DNA from: an uncultured Bacteroidales bacterium
GTDB taxonomy: Bacteria; Bacteroidota; Bacteroidia; Bacteroidales; Muribaculaceae
NCBI GenBank assembly: GCA_947039275.1
Contig: CAMQYL010000001.1
Coordinates: 36,889 to 100,888 of the forward strand
Direction of reading: 5' to 3'
DNA length: 64,000 nt
Shown piece by piece: positions 10,394 to 21,462 of the stretch; the first letter of the stretch is position 1, and every line of letters starts with the position of its first letter. Both the position numbers and the translations under genes were made by a program. The notes beneath the pieces are model-generated. The model was not told the origin of the DNA and searched no databases. It saw only the letters and a list, made by a program, of their open reading frames with translations.

Positions 10394-10762
10394 TCAGGCA
10401 ATGGACTTGCCGAAGGGAAACAGAGCCAGACGCATCAATTTGAAGTGCTGGATGCCAAAAGACAGTCCTATGATGGTAATCGAGAAGATGATGCCCCACA
10501 GTAGGTGTGTCAGGGCTATTGGGATGCCGCCGAGAAACCACCAGATTATATTCATCAGTCCAGCCAGACAACCTGACGGGAAGCCCGTGCTGACCACATC
10601 GGTGCCAAACGGCCACAACGCCACCGCAGCCAGTTTCATGGTCTGCAATCCAAACGGAATGCCCACGATCGTGATCATCATCAGCACACTCGAAATGGCA
10701 TACTCAATGGCAATCATCAATCCACCGAACACCACCCACAAGATATTGAGAAATATATTCAT
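10394..10762 (-). CDS. yccF: YccF domain-containing inner membrane protein
   Basis: 122 aa with a duplicated YccF repeat (...TIVGIPFGLQTMKLA... and ...ITIIGLSFGIQHFKL...). Confidence 0.8.
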   Translation of the reverse strand: MNIFLNILWVVFGGLMIAIEYAISSVLMMITIVGIPFGLQTMKLAAVALWPFGTDVVSTGFPSGCLAGLMNIIWWFLGGIPIALTHLLWGIIFSITIIGLSFGIQHFKLMRLALFPFGKSIA

Positions 10763-10822
10763 ATTATTAAAATTTTATGAAAACAGATATATCATGGTAT
10801 ATACATATAACTTTCACCATGG

Positions 10823-13453
10823 TTATTTGCCGGTGAGGATGGACTGGATGTCGGAGAGTTTGTTGAGGGCCTGGAGGGGGGAGAGGGAGTTGATGTCTAT
10901 GCCGAGGATTTCGTCGCGGACGGCACTCAGCACGGGGTCGTCGAGTTGGAAGAAACTGAGCTGGATGCCATCCTCCATGCGCTGGTTGGGAGCGAGCGTC
11001 GACATGGTGGCGGGGGTGACTGAAGAACCGTTGTCACGGTTGGCTGCTTCAAGGCGGTGAAGTACTTCGTCAGCACGTGTGACGATGCTGCGAGGCATAC
11101 CTGCCAGCTTGGCTACATGTATGCCGAAACTATGTTCTGAACCCCCCTTGGAGAGTTTACGCAAAAACACAACCTTACCATCAATCTCCTTTACGGAGAC
11201 ATTGTAGTTGACCACGCGCTCAAACGACTTCTCCATCTCGTTGAGTTCATGGTAGTGCGTCGCAAAGAGGGTCTTGGGGTGCATCGAACCATGCTGATGG
11301 ATGTACTCCACTATCGCCCAAGCTATCGATATGCCGTCGTAGGTGGATGTGCCTCGCCCGAGTTCGTCAAAGAGAATCAGCGACCGCTGGCTCATGTTGT
11401 TGAGGATGGAAGCCGCCTCGTTCATCTCTACCATAAAGGTAGACTCGCCCAAAGAGATATTATCGCTGGCACCGACACGCGTAAATATCTTGTCGACCAC
11501 GCCGATACGCGCACTCTCAGCCGCCACATAGCATCCTATCTGTGCCATGAGCACGTTGAGAGCAGTCTGACGCAACAGTGCCGACTTACCCGACATGTTG
11601 GGTCCGGTAATCATCATTATCTGCGTCTTGTCATTATCAAGATGCACAGTGTTGGATATGTAAGGTTCCCCAGGGGGCAATTCGCGCTCAATGACAGGGT
11701 GACGCGCCTCCACAAGATCTATGCACAGCGAATCATCGACAACTGGACGTGCATAGCGGTTTTCAATTGCCACACGCGTAAACGAACTGAGCACATCAAG
11801 GCGTGCCACCATCGTAGCATCAAGCTGTATCGCCGGGATAAACTCTGCGATGTCAGCAACAAGATCATTGTAGAGCCTCAGCTCTATCGAATCAATCTTA
11901 TCCTGCGCACCGAGTATCTTCTCCTCATACTCCTTCAGCTCCTGAGTAATGTATCGTTCGGCATTGACAAGCGTCTGCTTGCGGATCCATTCGGGAGGCA
12001 CTTTATCCTTATGCGTATTGGTCACTTCAATATAGTAACCAAACACATTGTTATATGCCACTTTGAGGCTCGGGATACCCGTAGCCTGAATCTCACGCTG
12101 CTGCAATCGCAACAGATACTCCTTGCCATGATGCACTATATCACGCAAATCGTCAAGCTCGGCATCAACACCAGGCTTGATCACAGTGCCACGGTTGACC
12201 GCAGCCGGAGCATCCTCCACAATCTCGCGCTCGATGCGGTCATGTATTGCCTTGAGCGGATTAATCTGCTCTCCGATGGCAGCCAGAGCCTTGTTGTCAG
12301 CTCCGAGACACACGTTCTTGATAGGTTCAAGCGCACCCAACGCATGCTTAAGCTGTATGACTTCACGCGGGGAAATGCGTCCTGTGGCAGTCTTGCCAGT
12401 CAGACGTTCCAGGTCCCCCACCCTTTCAAGAGCCTCACGCAGCGATTCACGCGCCTCAGGGTCGCGGAAGAAATATTCCACCACGTCAAGTCGGGCATTT
12501 ATAGCCTTGACATCACGCAATGGGAACGCAATCCAACGTCGGAGCAGACGGGCACCCATGGGACTGACCGTGCGGTCTATTACGTCCAGAAGACTCTTAC
12601 CCTCATCGCCGAGCGAACTGAGCAACTCAAGATTGCGCACCGTGAAACGGTCAAGCCTGACATAACGATCCTCTTCAATTCGCGCTATAGAGGTGATATG
12701 CGATGTGCGTGTATGCTGGGTGATGTCAAGATAGTGGAGTATCGCACCCGAAGCCACAATTGCCGCCTGCATATTGTGTATGCCGAAGCCTTTGAGCGAG
12801 CCTGTCTCAAACTGTTTGAGCAGCCTGTCCATGGCTGCCGTCTCTGTAAACACCCAGTCGTCAAGTTCAAAACTGAGGTAATGCGGCGCTATCTGTTCGT
12901 CAAGGATGGCGCGCTTTCCCCGCTCCACCAGCACCTCCTTAGGCGCAAACGCGGCAAGCAGCTTGCCGACATATTCGTTATCACCTTGGGCGGTCAGAAA
13001 TTCACCCGTAGATATGTCAAGAAACGACACACCTGTAACGTGGCGGTCGATATGAAGTGCGGCAAGGAAGTTATTTTCGCGATGGTCAAGGATATTGTCG
13101 TTGATGGACACACCAGGAGTAACCAGTTCGGTAATACCACGCTTGACCAGCTTCTTTGTCAGTTTGGGGTCTTCAAGCTGCTCGCAGATAGCCACACGTT
13201 TCCCAGCCCTGACCAGTTTGGGCAAATATGTGTCAAGGGCATGGTGGGGAAATCCGGCAAGCTCCACATGCTGCGAAACACCGTTGGCACGGCGTGTCAA
13301 CGTGATGCCGAGTATCTCCGATGCCGTGATGGCATCATCGGAAAACGTCTCATAGAAATCCCCTACCCTGAAAAGCAGCACAGCATCGGGATGCTTTTGT
13401 TTCATCTCGATGTACTGCTTCATCAGCGGTGTCTCAACTATTTTCTTTGCCAC
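10823..13453 (-). CDS. mutS: DNA mismatch repair protein MutS
   Basis: 876 aa with N-terminal TPLMKQY...[11 protein letters not shown], Walker A GPNMSGKS, and FATHYHEL. Confidence 0.97.
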   Translation of the reverse strand: MAKKIVETPLMKQYIEMKQKHPDAVLLFRVGDFYETFSDDAITASEILGITLTRRANGVSQHVELAGFPHHALDTYLPKLVRAGKRVAICEQLEDPKLTKKLVKRGITELVTPGVSINDNILDHRENNFLAALHIDRHVTGVSFLDISTGEFLTAQGDNEYVGKLLAAFAPKEVLVERGKRAILDEQIAPHYLSFELDDWVFTETAAMDRLLKQFETGSLKGFGIHNMQAAIVASGAILHYLDITQHTRTSHITSIARIEEDRYVRLDRFTVRNLELLSSLGDEGKSLLDVIDRTVSPMGARLLRRWIAFPLRDVKAINARLDVVEYFFRDPEARESLREALERVGDLERLTGKTATGRISPREVIQLKHALGALEPIKNVCLGADNKALAAIGEQINPLKAIHDRIEREIVEDAPAAVNRGTVIKPGVDAELDDLRDIVHHGKEYLLRLQQREIQATGIPSLKVAYNNVFGYYIEVTNTHKDKVPPEWIRKQTLVNAERYITQELKEYEEKILGAQDKIDSIELRLYNDLVADIAEFIPAIQLDATMVARLDVLSSFTRVAIENRYARPVVDDSLCIDLVEARHPVIERELPPGEPYISNTVHLDNDKTQIMMITGPNMSGKSALLRQTALNVLMAQIGCYVAAESARIGVVDKIFTRVGASDNISLGESTFMVEMNEAASILNNMSQRSLILFDELGRGTSTYDGISIAWAIVEYIHQHGSMHPKTLFATHYHELNEMEKSFERVVNYNVSVKEIDGKVVFLRKLSKGGSEHSFGIHVAKLAGMPRSIVTRADEVLHRLEAANRDNGSSVTPATMSTLAPNQRMEDGIQLSFFQLDDPVLSAVRDEILGIDINSLSPLQALNKLSDIQSILTGK

Positions 13454-13501
13454 TGGTGAGATATATGTGCCTTTATTAATTCTTACTACGCATAGGCGTA
13501 A

Positions 13502-14044
13502 TCACTCGCCGCTGACCAATGACATGCCGCGAAGGATTGCGTCGCGATTAAGCGGCAGCAGATGGTGATGGCGCTCTGGGAGCACCTTCTGCAAACCCTT
13601 CATCACGCTTTCCACCGGCACCACCGGCACTATGGCAAGCAGTGCGCCGAGCAATATCATGTTGTAGGTCTTGGTATTTTTCATGTCTATGGCAGCATCC
13701 ATACCGTTGACCTCATAGATTTTGATATCAGAGCGTGTGGGCTTATGGTGGATTCCATATGGGTCATAGATGAGTATTCCTCCCGGCTTGATACGGCTCT
13801 CGAATTTGTCAAGACTCTGCTGATTGAGTATGACAGCCACATCGTATGTGTCAAGCACCGGTGAACTGATAGGTTGGTCGCTCAGTATCACTGTGACATT
13901 TGCAGTGCCTCCTCGCTGTTCAGGTCCGTAAGAAGGCATCCATGACACCTCCAGGTCATCCATCAGACCTGCATAGGCAAGAATCTTGCCCATCGAAAGC
14001 ACTCCCTGACCGCCGAAACCGGCTATTATGATTTCCTTTTTCAT
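13502..14044 (-). CDS. 2-oxoacid:ferredoxin oxidoreductase, gamma subunit
   Basis: 180 aa beginning [18 protein letters not shown].... It ends a four-gene operon with 4-nt and 3-nt junctions. Confidence 0.85.
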   Translation of the reverse strand: MKKEIIIAGFGGQGVLSMGKILAYAGLMDDLEVSWMPSYGPEQRGGTANVTVILSDQPISSPVLDTYDVAVILNQQSLDKFESRIKPGGILIYDPYGIHHKPTRSDIKIYEVNGMDAAIDMKNTKTYNMILLGALLAIVPVVPVESVMKGLQKVLPERHHHLLPLNRDAILRGMSLVSGE

Positions 14045-14856
14045 TTTGCAGAGGCAGTTTCAGCACCTTTGGACTGAGCCGCAGGAGCAGGGTTAACAGT
14101 ATTCTTCAAATCGCCTATTGGATATTTCTTAAACATATGTTCCACCATCCAGTCGTTAGACTGCGCTGGAGTCATCTTCCAGCCGGAATTACATGTCGAT
14201 ACCACTTCCACGACAGATGTACCCTTGCCGTCCATGGCATTCTTGAAAGCCTGCTTGATTGCTGCCTTGGTCTTGCGGACTGCTGCTGCCGTATGCACAC
14301 TCTGACGAGTGACGTAGCATGTGCCGTCAAGCCCCACGAGAAGATTGGTGATAGGCAGCGGGTAACCGTTAAGGTCGATGCGACGTCCATAGGGCGATGT
14401 CGAAGTCTTCATGCCCTCGAGAGTGGTCGGCGACATCTGACCACCCGTCATACCATAAATGCCATTGTTGATAAATATGATGGCGATATTTTCGCCGCGG
14501 TTGGCGGCATGTATGGTCTCACCGGTACCTATGGCAGCCAAGTCACCATCACCTTGATACGTGAACACCATGCGGTCAGGATTCAGACGCTTGACAGCCG
14601 TCGCCACCGCAGGCGCACGTCCATGAGCTGCCTCAATCCAGTCTATGTCAACGTAATTGTAAGCAAACACGGCGCAACCCACCGGAGCGATGCCGATGGT
14701 CTTGTCCTGAAGCCCCATTTCCTCCACGATTTCGGCTATGAGCTTGTGTACCACACCGTGGCTACATCCCGGACAATAGTGCATATGGTTGTCATTGAGC
14801 AGCGACGGACGCTGATAGACGACATTTTCCGGTTTCTTGATATCTTCGTGTGTCAT
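14041..14856 (-). CDS. 2-oxoacid:ferredoxin oxidoreductase, beta (TPP-binding) subunit
   Basis: 271 aa with CPGCSHG near the N-terminus and a GDGD...NN..YGMTGGQ TPP-binding motif. Confidence 0.88.
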   Translation of the reverse strand: MTHEDIKKPENVVYQRPSLLNDNHMHYCPGCSHGVVHKLIAEIVEEMGLQDKTIGIAPVGCAVFAYNYVDIDWIEAAHGRAPAVATAVKRLNPDRMVFTYQGDGDLAAIGTGETIHAANRGENIAIIFINNGIYGMTGGQMSPTTLEGMKTSTSPYGRRIDLNGYPLPITNLLVGLDGTCYVTRQSVHTAAAVRKTKAAIKQAFKNAMDGKGTSVVEVVSTCNSGWKMTPAQSNDWMVEHMFKKYPIGDLKNTVNPAPAAQSKGAETASAK

Positions 14857-14858
14857 AA

Positions 14859-15956
14859 TTACTTCTCGGGATTAATTTCAGGAAAATCACGATAAAGAGC
14901 GTCGATGACCTCTGACGGATTAGGCACTATGCCACCCATGCGACCGTAGTAATACACGGGCACTTTGCCGTTGACGGCAAGGCGCACATCCTCCACCATC
15001 TGTCCGGCGTTGATTTCTACTGTAAGGATGCCCTTTACACGGTCAGCCATAGCCGCGATAGCGTCTGTCGGGAACGGCCACAGGGTAATAGGACGAAGCA
15101 GACCCACCTTGATGCCTTTGGCGCGAGCCTCCTCTATGGCTTTAAGGCATATACGGGCTATTGAGCCGAAAGCCACTATGAGATATTCGCAGTCATCAGT
15201 GTAATACTCCTGATAGCGTACCTCGTTCTGGCGTATGCGCTCATATGTGGCTTGAAGACGGTGGTTGTTCTCCTCCATCGTGGAGCTTTCAAGCTCCAGA
15301 GTAGTCATAATGTTGGGCTTGCGGGTGGCTGGGCGACCTGTCACCGCCCACGGGCACTGCTCGGCTATCTCGGCATCGGTGCGACGCGCACGCTGTTTGG
15401 GCAGCTTTACTTTCTCCATCATCTGGCCCACTATGCCATCGGCAAGTATCATGGCAGGGGTGCGGTATTTGAAAGCAAGATCAAATCCGAGGCATACAAA
15501 ATCAGCCATTTCCTGAACCGACGACGGGGCAAGCACAATCAGATGGTAATCGCCATGACCACCACCCTTGGTTGCCTGAAAATAATCAGCCTGTGACGGC
15601 TGTATTGTACCGAGACCCGGACCTCCACGCATCACATTGATTATCAGAGCCGGCAGCTCGCCAGCAGCTATGTATGATATGCCCTCCTGCTTGAGGCTTA
15701 CGCCAGGGCTGGAGGAGGATGTCATGACAGCCTTGCCAGTGGAGGCACCGCCATAGACCATATTGATGGCAGCAAGCTCACTCTCAGCCTGAAGCACCAC
15801 CATGCCAGTGGTCTCCCACGGCATCTGCTCCTCCAGAGTCTCAAGGATCTCGCTCTGAGGGGTGATGGGATAACCGAAATAGCCGTCAACACCATATCGG
15901 ATAGCGGCATGGGCTATGGCTTCATTGCCCTTCATTAATCTTACTTCTTTATCCAT
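14859..15956 (-). CDS. 2-oxoacid:ferredoxin oxidoreductase, alpha subunit
   Basis: MDKEVRLMKGNEAIAHAAIRYGVDGYFGYPITPQSE... The ATG at 15956 is preferred over the GTG at 15977 given by the ORF track. Confidence 0.85.
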   Translation of the reverse strand: MDKEVRLMKGNEAIAHAAIRYGVDGYFGYPITPQSEILETLEEQMPWETTGMVVLQAESELAAINMVYGGASTGKAVMTSSSSPGVSLKQEGISYIAAGELPALIINVMRGGPGLGTIQPSQADYFQATKGGGHGDYHLIVLAPSSVQEMADFVCLGFDLAFKYRTPAMILADGIVGQMMEKVKLPKQRARRTDAEIAEQCPWAVTGRPATRKPNIMTTLELESSTMEENNHRLQATYERIRQNEVRYQEYYTDDCEYLIVAFGSIARICLKAIEEARAKGIKVGLLRPITLWPFPTDAIAAMADRVKGILTVEINAGQMVEDVRLAVNGKVPVYYYGRMGGIVPNPSEVIDALYRDFPEINPEK

Positions 15957-16076
15957 GTCTTTAATTGTGTAAAGCACTACGTGTGTCAGGCACTTATAGT
16001 GTGGACTTTAAATTTGTTTCCGTTAAAAAAGCTACATAGAGATGTCTTCTGCATGACCGCCGACAACTAATGCCTG

Positions 16077-16307
16077 TCAGTCAACCTTCTGTCTGTAGAC
16101 AGTGATGCATGCATCAGGACAAACCATAGCGCATGCCGCACAACCTATACATTTGTCAGGTGAGGCTGTGTACGCAAAGTGATACCCACGGTCATTGACC
16201 TCCTTAGGCTGGAGAAGCAACACATCAGTTGGGCATGCCACAACGCACAGGTCACACCCTTTACATCTCTCGATGTTAATATCTACTGCACCAATTATTT
16301 TAGGCAT
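16077..16307 (-). CDS. 4Fe-4S dicluster ferredoxin-type delta subunit of the oxidoreductase
   Basis: 76 aa with two CxxCxxCxxxCP motifs (CKGCDLCVVACP, CIGCAACAMVCP). Confidence 0.85.
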   Translation of the reverse strand: MPKIIGAVDINIERCKGCDLCVVACPTDVLLLQPKEVNDRGYHFAYTASPDKCIGCAACAMVCPDACITVYRQKVD

Positions 16308-16542
16308 ATGACAGATAGCGTATTAGTGATGAAAAACATGTTTTATAAACATCTTCTTCGTCATGATGTTTAATAAATCAATACAAATATAGCTGATTTC
16401 TTCTGCTCTTATACACTTTTTTACAAATACTTAACAAAAATCACACAAACGCAAAAAACGTGCAATAGCCAGTCGCACACAGTAACGCGATAATCCCTCC
16501 CACCAATTAATTTCACTCGGTGATGCCGAACAAACATCGAAT

Positions 16543-16620
16543 TGTAGGGACATGCCATGGCATGTCCGCATTATGCGACTACGAATATGAGTGGCGGACA
16601 TGCCACGGCATGTCCCTACA
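16543..16620. repeat. REPIN-like inverted doublet (type 1)
   Basis: TGTAGGGACATGCCATGGCATGTCCGC ... GCGGACATGCCACGGCATGTCCCTACA. Confidence 0.85.
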
Positions 16621-16660
16621 GATAATGCACAATATATATACTATGCAGATGTTATGTTAC

Positions 16661-16697
16661 AAAAAACGGCTTCCTTGTCAATATGACTGGAAGCCGT
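16661..16697 (-). terminator. rho-independent terminator downstream of rpoD
   Basis: On the minus strand, ACGGCTTCC-loop-GGAAGCCGT is followed by TTTTTT, about 35 nt after the rpoD stop. Confidence 0.6.
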
Positions 16698-16730
16698 ATG
16701 GGTAGTACTTATCAAATGTCGGTATGGTCC

Positions 16731-17591
16731 TTACTGACCAAGATAGGTCTTGAGCAGTTTGCTCTTCTGACCTTTGAGGCGGCGGATAGCCTTCTCCTTG
16801 ATCTGACGGACACGCTCGCGCGTGAGGTCAAACTTCGCTCCGATCTCTTCAAGAGTCATCTCCTGGCAACCGATGCCGAAGAACATCTTGAGGATCTCGC
16901 GCTCACGCTCGTGAAGCTGTCGCAGAGCCCGATCCACTTCCTTCGACAGAGATTCCTGGGTCAGAGTACTGTCAGCCATAGGAGAGTCATCGTTGGTGAG
17001 CACATCAAGCAGACTGTTGTCCTCACCCTCCACAAAGGGGGCGTCAACTGATATGTGACGGCCTGACACCTTGAGAGTGTCAGCAATCTTCTCTACAGGC
17101 ACGTCAAGACGCTCCGCCAACTCCTCGGGAGAAGGACGGCGTTCGTTTTCCTGCTCGAATTTCGACAGAGCTTTGCTTATCTTATTGAGCGAGCCTACCT
17201 GATTGAGAGGCAGACGCACGATGCGTGACTGCTCGGCAAGAGCCTGAAGAATCGACTGTCGGATCCACCATACTGCATACGAGATGAATTTGAAACCGCG
17301 GGTCTCGTCAAATTTCTGGGCTGCCTTAATCAGGCCGAGATTTCCTTCATTGATCAGGTCAGGCAGGCTAAGCCCCTGATTCTGATACTGCTTTGCCACA
17401 GAAACTACGAATCGCAGGTTGGCTCGTGTCAGTTTGTCGAGAGCGCGCTCGTCGCCCTCGCGTATCTTCTGTGCGAGTTCTACCTCCTCCTCTACGGATA
17501 TGAGTTCCTCGCGGCCGATCTCCTGAAGATACTTATCGAGTGATGCGCTCTCTCGATTGGTGATTGATTTGGTGATTTTTAATTGTCTCAT
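16731..17591 (-). CDS. rpoD: primary RNA polymerase sigma factor (Bacteroidetes sigma-A type)
   Basis: 286 aa with region 2 ([13 protein letters not shown]...[17 protein letters not shown]...[13 protein letters not shown]) and region 4 ([26 protein letters not shown]). Confidence 0.93.
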   Translation of the reverse strand: MRQLKITKSITNRESASLDKYLQEIGREELISVEEEVELAQKIREGDERALDKLTRANLRFVVSVAKQYQNQGLSLPDLINEGNLGLIKAAQKFDETRGFKFISYAVWWIRQSILQALAEQSRIVRLPLNQVGSLNKISKALSKFEQENERRPSPEELAERLDVPVEKIADTLKVSGRHISVDAPFVEGEDNSLLDVLTNDDSPMADSTLTQESLSKEVDRALRQLHEREREILKMFFGIGCQEMTLEEIGAKFDLTRERVRQIKEKAIRRLKGQKSKLLKTYLGQ

Positions 17592-17689
17592 CTAATCTAA
17601 CGGTATATGCTTAGATTTTAACGCGCGAAATTACGATTTTATTTTGTGATGACCAATCAAGCTTATATCTTTTATGCTTTTTTATATCA

Positions 17690-18994
17690 TCAAGCCTGAC
17701 GTGACCATCGCCAGAGGTCTTTGAGCGTAGGTTTCTTGCCATACATGAATATGCCCACCCGATAAATCTTGCCGGCAAGCCACGCAGTGAACACAAACGA
17801 TGCCACAAGTATGGCAAGCGACAATGCCACTTCCCACGCCGCTATGCCAAAGGGCAGACGCGCCATCATCACCATAGGCGAGGTCAGCGGTATGTAACTG
17901 CATACCACCGAAAGCCCCGACTGTGGATCCTGTGCGGCTGCCAGAGAGAACACCAGCCCGAGAATAATAGGCAGCATGGCTATGATAGACAGCTGTGAGG
18001 CATCCTGCACATTTTCCACAGCCGATCCGATTGCAGCAAAAATGGCAGAATAGAACAGGAAACCGCCTACAAGGAAAAGCAGCATCACAAACAGTATGTT
18101 GAATATATAGCTGACGCTTCCAAGAGTCGCAACGACATTGACCATCTCGGCATCATATTGCGATGTAGCGGCATCAAACGTTCCTGCCTGCACTGCCGAC
18201 ACTTCGGTCATCACGCCTGTAGGGAGAGTGGCTGGGAGCACGAACGCTGATATGCAGCAAAGCAGCACCATCCATATAAGTATCTGCACCACCGCCACAC
18301 TGGCTATGCCGAATATCTTGCCAAGCATGAGATGCACAGGCTTGACGGATGTAACCACAAGTTCCAGCACACGGTTGTTCTTCTCCTCGATGATGCTCGA
18401 CATGACCATCTGCCCATACATCAGCAGAAACATGTAGAGGATAAACGAAAGTCCCATGCCGAGAGCGAAACTCAATGCGCTTGACTCCTGCGACAGCTCA
18501 TCAGTGTCGTTGCGGAATGTCAGCAACTGCACATCGCTATGAATGTCATCCATCACCTGACGCAGGTTTTCGATGTTGCTCTTCTCGATGCGGCGCGCCT
18601 CTATGATGTCATTGAGCTGCCCCTGTATCTCCTTCTCCACACTCATCGAGGCTGGACCGTTGCTGTAATAAGCTATCCCGGAGGTGTTTGCCACAGCATC
18701 CGACGGGATATAGAGTATTCCAGCCACCTCCTTCATGGTCAGAGCCGAGTCAAGCACCTGCGTGCTCCGCGTGAATGTCATATCTTCGGTGTCATGGAAA
18801 TCAGGAGCTATCACTCCGGTCTCGTCCACAACCACGATATTACGAGCATCACCCGATGCAAACTCCATGATGAGAGCCGGAAGCACCGACAGCACCAGCA
18901 TAAGCAACGGCATCAGTATCGTGATGATAATAAAACTCTTCTTGGATACGCGCTCCAGAAATTCGCGCTGTATTATAAGGTATATATGATTCAT
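17690..18994 (-). CDS. ABC-2 type transporter permease (NatB-like)
   Basis: 434 aa with an N-terminal TM, a large extracytoplasmic loop and a C-terminal cluster of TM helices. It lies 24 nt downstream of the ATPase gene. Confidence 0.75.
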   Translation of the reverse strand: MNHIYLIIQREFLERVSKKSFIIITILMPLLMLVLSVLPALIMEFASGDARNIVVVDETGVIAPDFHDTEDMTFTRSTQVLDSALTMKEVAGILYIPSDAVANTSGIAYYSNGPASMSVEKEIQGQLNDIIEARRIEKSNIENLRQVMDDIHSDVQLLTFRNDTDELSQESSALSFALGMGLSFILYMFLLMYGQMVMSSIIEEKNNRVLELVVTSVKPVHLMLGKIFGIASVAVVQILIWMVLLCCISAFVLPATLPTGVMTEVSAVQAGTFDAATSQYDAEMVNVVATLGSVSYIFNILFVMLLFLVGGFLFYSAIFAAIGSAVENVQDASQLSIIAMLPIILGLVFSLAAAQDPQSGLSVVCSYIPLTSPMVMMARLPFGIAAWEVALSLAILVASFVFTAWLAGKIYRVGIFMYGKKPTLKDLWRWSRQA

Positions 18995-19018
18995 TGTACG
19001 ATCAGATTTCGTGATACG

Positions 19019-19951
19019 TTAGATGCGTGTGGATTCTACCACGTTGATAAATATGTCGTTCATTGATGCCATCGCTTCGTTAAACGACAGCATCATGCCA
19101 TGGTCATTGACCGCGCTGATAAACTCGCGCACATCAGCATCAGATGCAAGATGCACTTTCAGCGTCGATGTGCCGTCAGCATTACGCTCCATGGACTGCT
19201 CTATGGTCATCGGCTCTATTGAAGGCAGCAACAACTCGTCACCTTCACCTGCCAGAGTCACTACATAGCGGTCCTTGCAGAAACGGCGCCGTATCTCGTT
19301 GACGTTACCTGAAAGCACATTGCGTGAACGGTTGATCAAAGTGATATCGTCGCAAATCTCCTCCACGCTCGACATGTTGTGGGTGCTGAATATGATGGTA
19401 GCCCCATCGCGACGCAGCTCCATGATTTCCTCTTTGAGCATGTTGGCATTTATGGGGTCAAATCCAGAGAAAGGCTCGTCGAATATCAGCAGTTTGGGGC
19501 GGTGAAGCACCGTGATGATGAACTGTATCTTCTGAGCCATACCCTTTGACAGCTCCGACACCTTCTTGCCCCACCAATCCATTATGCCGAACTTCTCAAA
19601 CCATTTCTTCAGCTCCATGATGGCTTGCGCACGGCTGAGGCCTTTAAGACGGGCAAAGAAGATGGCTTGCTCTCCAACCTTCATCTTTTTGTAAAGTCCG
19701 CGTTCCTCCGGCAGGTAACCTATATGCGCCACATCGGCAGCCGTCAGCGGATGTCCGTCAAAGATGACTTCACCGCTGTCAGGCAGCGTTATATGGTTGA
19801 TTATACGTATCAGCGTGGTCTTGCCGGCTCCGTTAGGACCGAGCAACCCGTATATGGAACCCTGCGGCACCTCCAACGACATGTCGTCCAGGGCGACATG
19901 CCCCGTGAAACGCTTATTGACGTGGCTTACCTTCAAGAGTGGTTGAGTCAT
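19019..19951 (-). CDS. ABC transporter ATP-binding protein (NatA-like)
   Basis: 310 aa with Walker A GPNGAGKTT, signature LSKGMAQK and Walker B LLIFDEP. Confidence 0.9.
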   Translation of the reverse strand: MTQPLLKVSHVNKRFTGHVALDDMSLEVPQGSIYGLLGPNGAGKTTLIRIINHITLPDSGEVIFDGHPLTAADVAHIGYLPEERGLYKKMKVGEQAIFFARLKGLSRAQAIMELKKWFEKFGIMDWWGKKVSELSKGMAQKIQFIITVLHRPKLLIFDEPFSGFDPINANMLKEEIMELRRDGATIIFSTHNMSSVEEICDDITLINRSRNVLSGNVNEIRRRFCKDRYVVTLAGEGDELLLPSIEPMTIEQSMERNADGTSTLKVHLASDADVREFISAVNDHGMMLSFNEAMASMNDIFINVVESTRI

Positions 19952-20055
19952 GATGGTCGGTTATTGTATTAACATTAATGTATGTACGGAGACAAAGTTA
20001 CACAAATTTTTACTACAAATTTGTCAAAGGTCTTGCAAAAGTCATTTTTTCACTA

Positions 20056-20063
20056 TAACTTTG
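20056..20063 (+). promoter_or_regulatory. candidate Bacteroidetes -7 promoter box (TAnnTTTG) for the tRNA gene
   Basis: TAACTTTG lies 40 nt upstream of the tRNA 5' end. Confidence 0.4.
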
Positions 20064-20102
20064 CACTCGCAAATGAGGCACAGCCTCCTTGTCAACCTCC
20101 AT

Positions 20103-20176
20103 GGCGGGATAGCTCAGTTGGTTAGAGCGTCGGATTCATAACCCGGAGGTCCCGAGTTCAATTCTCGGTCCCGCTA
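20103..20176 (+). tRNA. tRNA with CAT anticodon (elongator Met type, or Ile2 if lysidinylated)
   Basis: Manual cloverleaf: acceptor GGCGGGA/TCCCGCT (G1-U72 wobble), D arm GCTC-AGTTGGTTA-GAGC, anticodon loop TTCATAA, T arm CCGAG-TTCAATT-CTCGG. C11:G24 argues against an initiator. There is an A-C mismatch at the loop-proximal pair of the anticodon stem. No CCA is encoded. Confidence 0.85.
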
Positions 20177-20196
20177 CAAAAAAACTTTCATCATCG

Positions 20197-20231
20197 CATC
20201 TCTGAGCATCCATGCTCAGAGATGTTTTTTT
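20197..20231 (+). terminator. rho-independent terminator after the tRNA
   Basis: A 12-bp perfect stem CATCTCTGAGCA/TGCTCAGAGATG with loop TCCA, followed by TTTTTTT. Confidence 0.8.
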
Positions 20232-20272
20232 ATCCGCCCCTCTCGAAAAATGTGTATATTTGCATCATCCAA

Positions 20273-20674
20273 TGTAGGATATGCCTAATGCTGTTGAAAA
20301 AGACAATGATACAGACAGAAAGATACGTCGGAGACGTATCCGCCGTGAGTAACCCCATGCACGGAGCGTCAGCGAACGTACATGGGGCTTCACGCTATAC
20401 TCTTAGGATCAACCTCGGAGAGGTTGGGGCATATTGCCGACATTGTGCAGACACAACCATATCATACATTAAATCAATGGTTTACACACATAAGCAGGTG
20501 TGCCACAACCTCTCCGAGGTTGATCTGACAGGAGCTTTTCGTACCCCATGTACGTTCGCTGACGCTCCGTGCATGGGGTTATGCATAGCTGGCACGTCTC
20601 CGACGTGCCTCTTCCATTGGATCAATCACATTGCACATACTCTAATTTCCACAGCATTTAGGTGCAGTCCTACA
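20273..20674. repeat. large nested inverted-repeat element (MITE/BIME-like), flanked by TGTAGGA...TCCTACA
   Basis: The core arms at 20322-20425 and 20508-20609 share three inverted modules: ACGTCGGAGACGT, AACCCCATGCACGGAGCGTCAGCGAACGTACATGGGG and GATCAACCTCGGAGAGGTTG. The 152-aa ORF across it is judged spurious. Confidence 0.7.
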
Positions 20675-20757
20675 ACATAGCGGTTTTGCAACACCCCTAC
20701 AAGATGTTAATCCATATTTCAACTAACTATACAATTAACCATAAAAATATTACAATT

Positions 20758-21279
20758 ATGATCAGCAACAAACTCCAGGACGCTATCAACGAGCAGATCA
20801 ACGCAGAGCTTTGGTCGGCATATCTCTACCTGTCAATGTCACTTGACGCAGAAGCCAAGGGACACAAAGGCGTTGCCAACTGGTTCTACATCCAGTTTCG
20901 CGAAGAGCAGGACCACGCTCGTATATTCATGAACTTCATGAACTCTCGCGATGCCAAGGTCGTGCTCCGTCCCATCGAGGAAGTGCCCACCACATGGCCC
21001 AGCGTACTCGCAATGTTTGAGCAGACCCTTCAGCACGAGCAGAAGGTGACATCGCTCATCAACAACCTCGCAGCCATAGCCCGCGAGGACAACGATTTCG
21101 CTTCAACCAACCGCTTCATCTGGTTCATTGACGAGCAGGTTGAGGAAGAGGATACCGCACGCGCCATGATACAGGCATTCCGAGCAGTAGAGAGCAATCA
21201 GTATGGCATGTACATGCTCGACAAAGACCTTGCAAGCCGCACATACTCTACCCCCTCTCCGCTGGCATCTGCCGAATAA
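20758..21279 (+). CDS. ftnA: ferritin (non-heme, bacterial Ftn type)
   Basis: 173 aa from the internal ATG: MISNKLQDAINEQINAELWSAYLYLSMS...FREEQDHARIFMNFM...LQHEQKVT, which are ferroxidase-centre residues. Confidence 0.9.
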   Translation: MISNKLQDAINEQINAELWSAYLYLSMSLDAEAKGHKGVANWFYIQFREEQDHARIFMNFMNSRDAKVVLRPIEEVPTTWPSVLAMFEQTLQHEQKVTSLINNLAAIAREDNDFASTNRFIWFIDEQVEEEDTARAMIQAFRAVESNQYGMYMLDKDLASRTYSTPSPLASAE

Positions 21280-21301
21280 GCAGGTTCTTATCATAGCACA
21301 A

Positions 21302-21349
21302 ATGCGAGTGTTAATCAGGCTGACCCTGATAAACACTCGCATCTTTTTT
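21302..21349 (+). terminator. rho-independent terminator after ferritin
   Basis: ATGCGAGTGTT-loop-AACACTCGCAT followed by CTTTTTT. Confidence 0.7.
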
Positions 21350-21462
21350 AACCGTTTTTATACCCTTTAAACACTCCCTTTGGCAAATTTCTTATAATTT
21401 TGCCGTTGGCAGCGAGGATGCTGCTTTTACTTATATCCATTCTTCTTGCATTAGGAAAAGCT

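Noticed and set aside
11249-13459. 736-aa ORF on the plus strand
   Set aside because: It is entirely antisense to mutS, whose product has unambiguous MutS motifs. The plus-strand translation is His/Arg/Leu-rich with no recognisable motif, typical of a shadow ORF in a GC-balanced gene.
20222-20680. 152-aa ORF downstream of the tRNA
   Set aside because: It runs through the arms of a long inverted repeat, so its sequence is dictated by DNA symmetry. It has no motif and is preceded by a strong terminator.
21400-21462. TTG start at 21400 for the sensor phosphatase
   Set aside because: It is possible, but the ATG at 21463 already precedes the first TM helix (MKLSTSLCIYILCICVCIFAGISIVL). It is kept as an alternative only.
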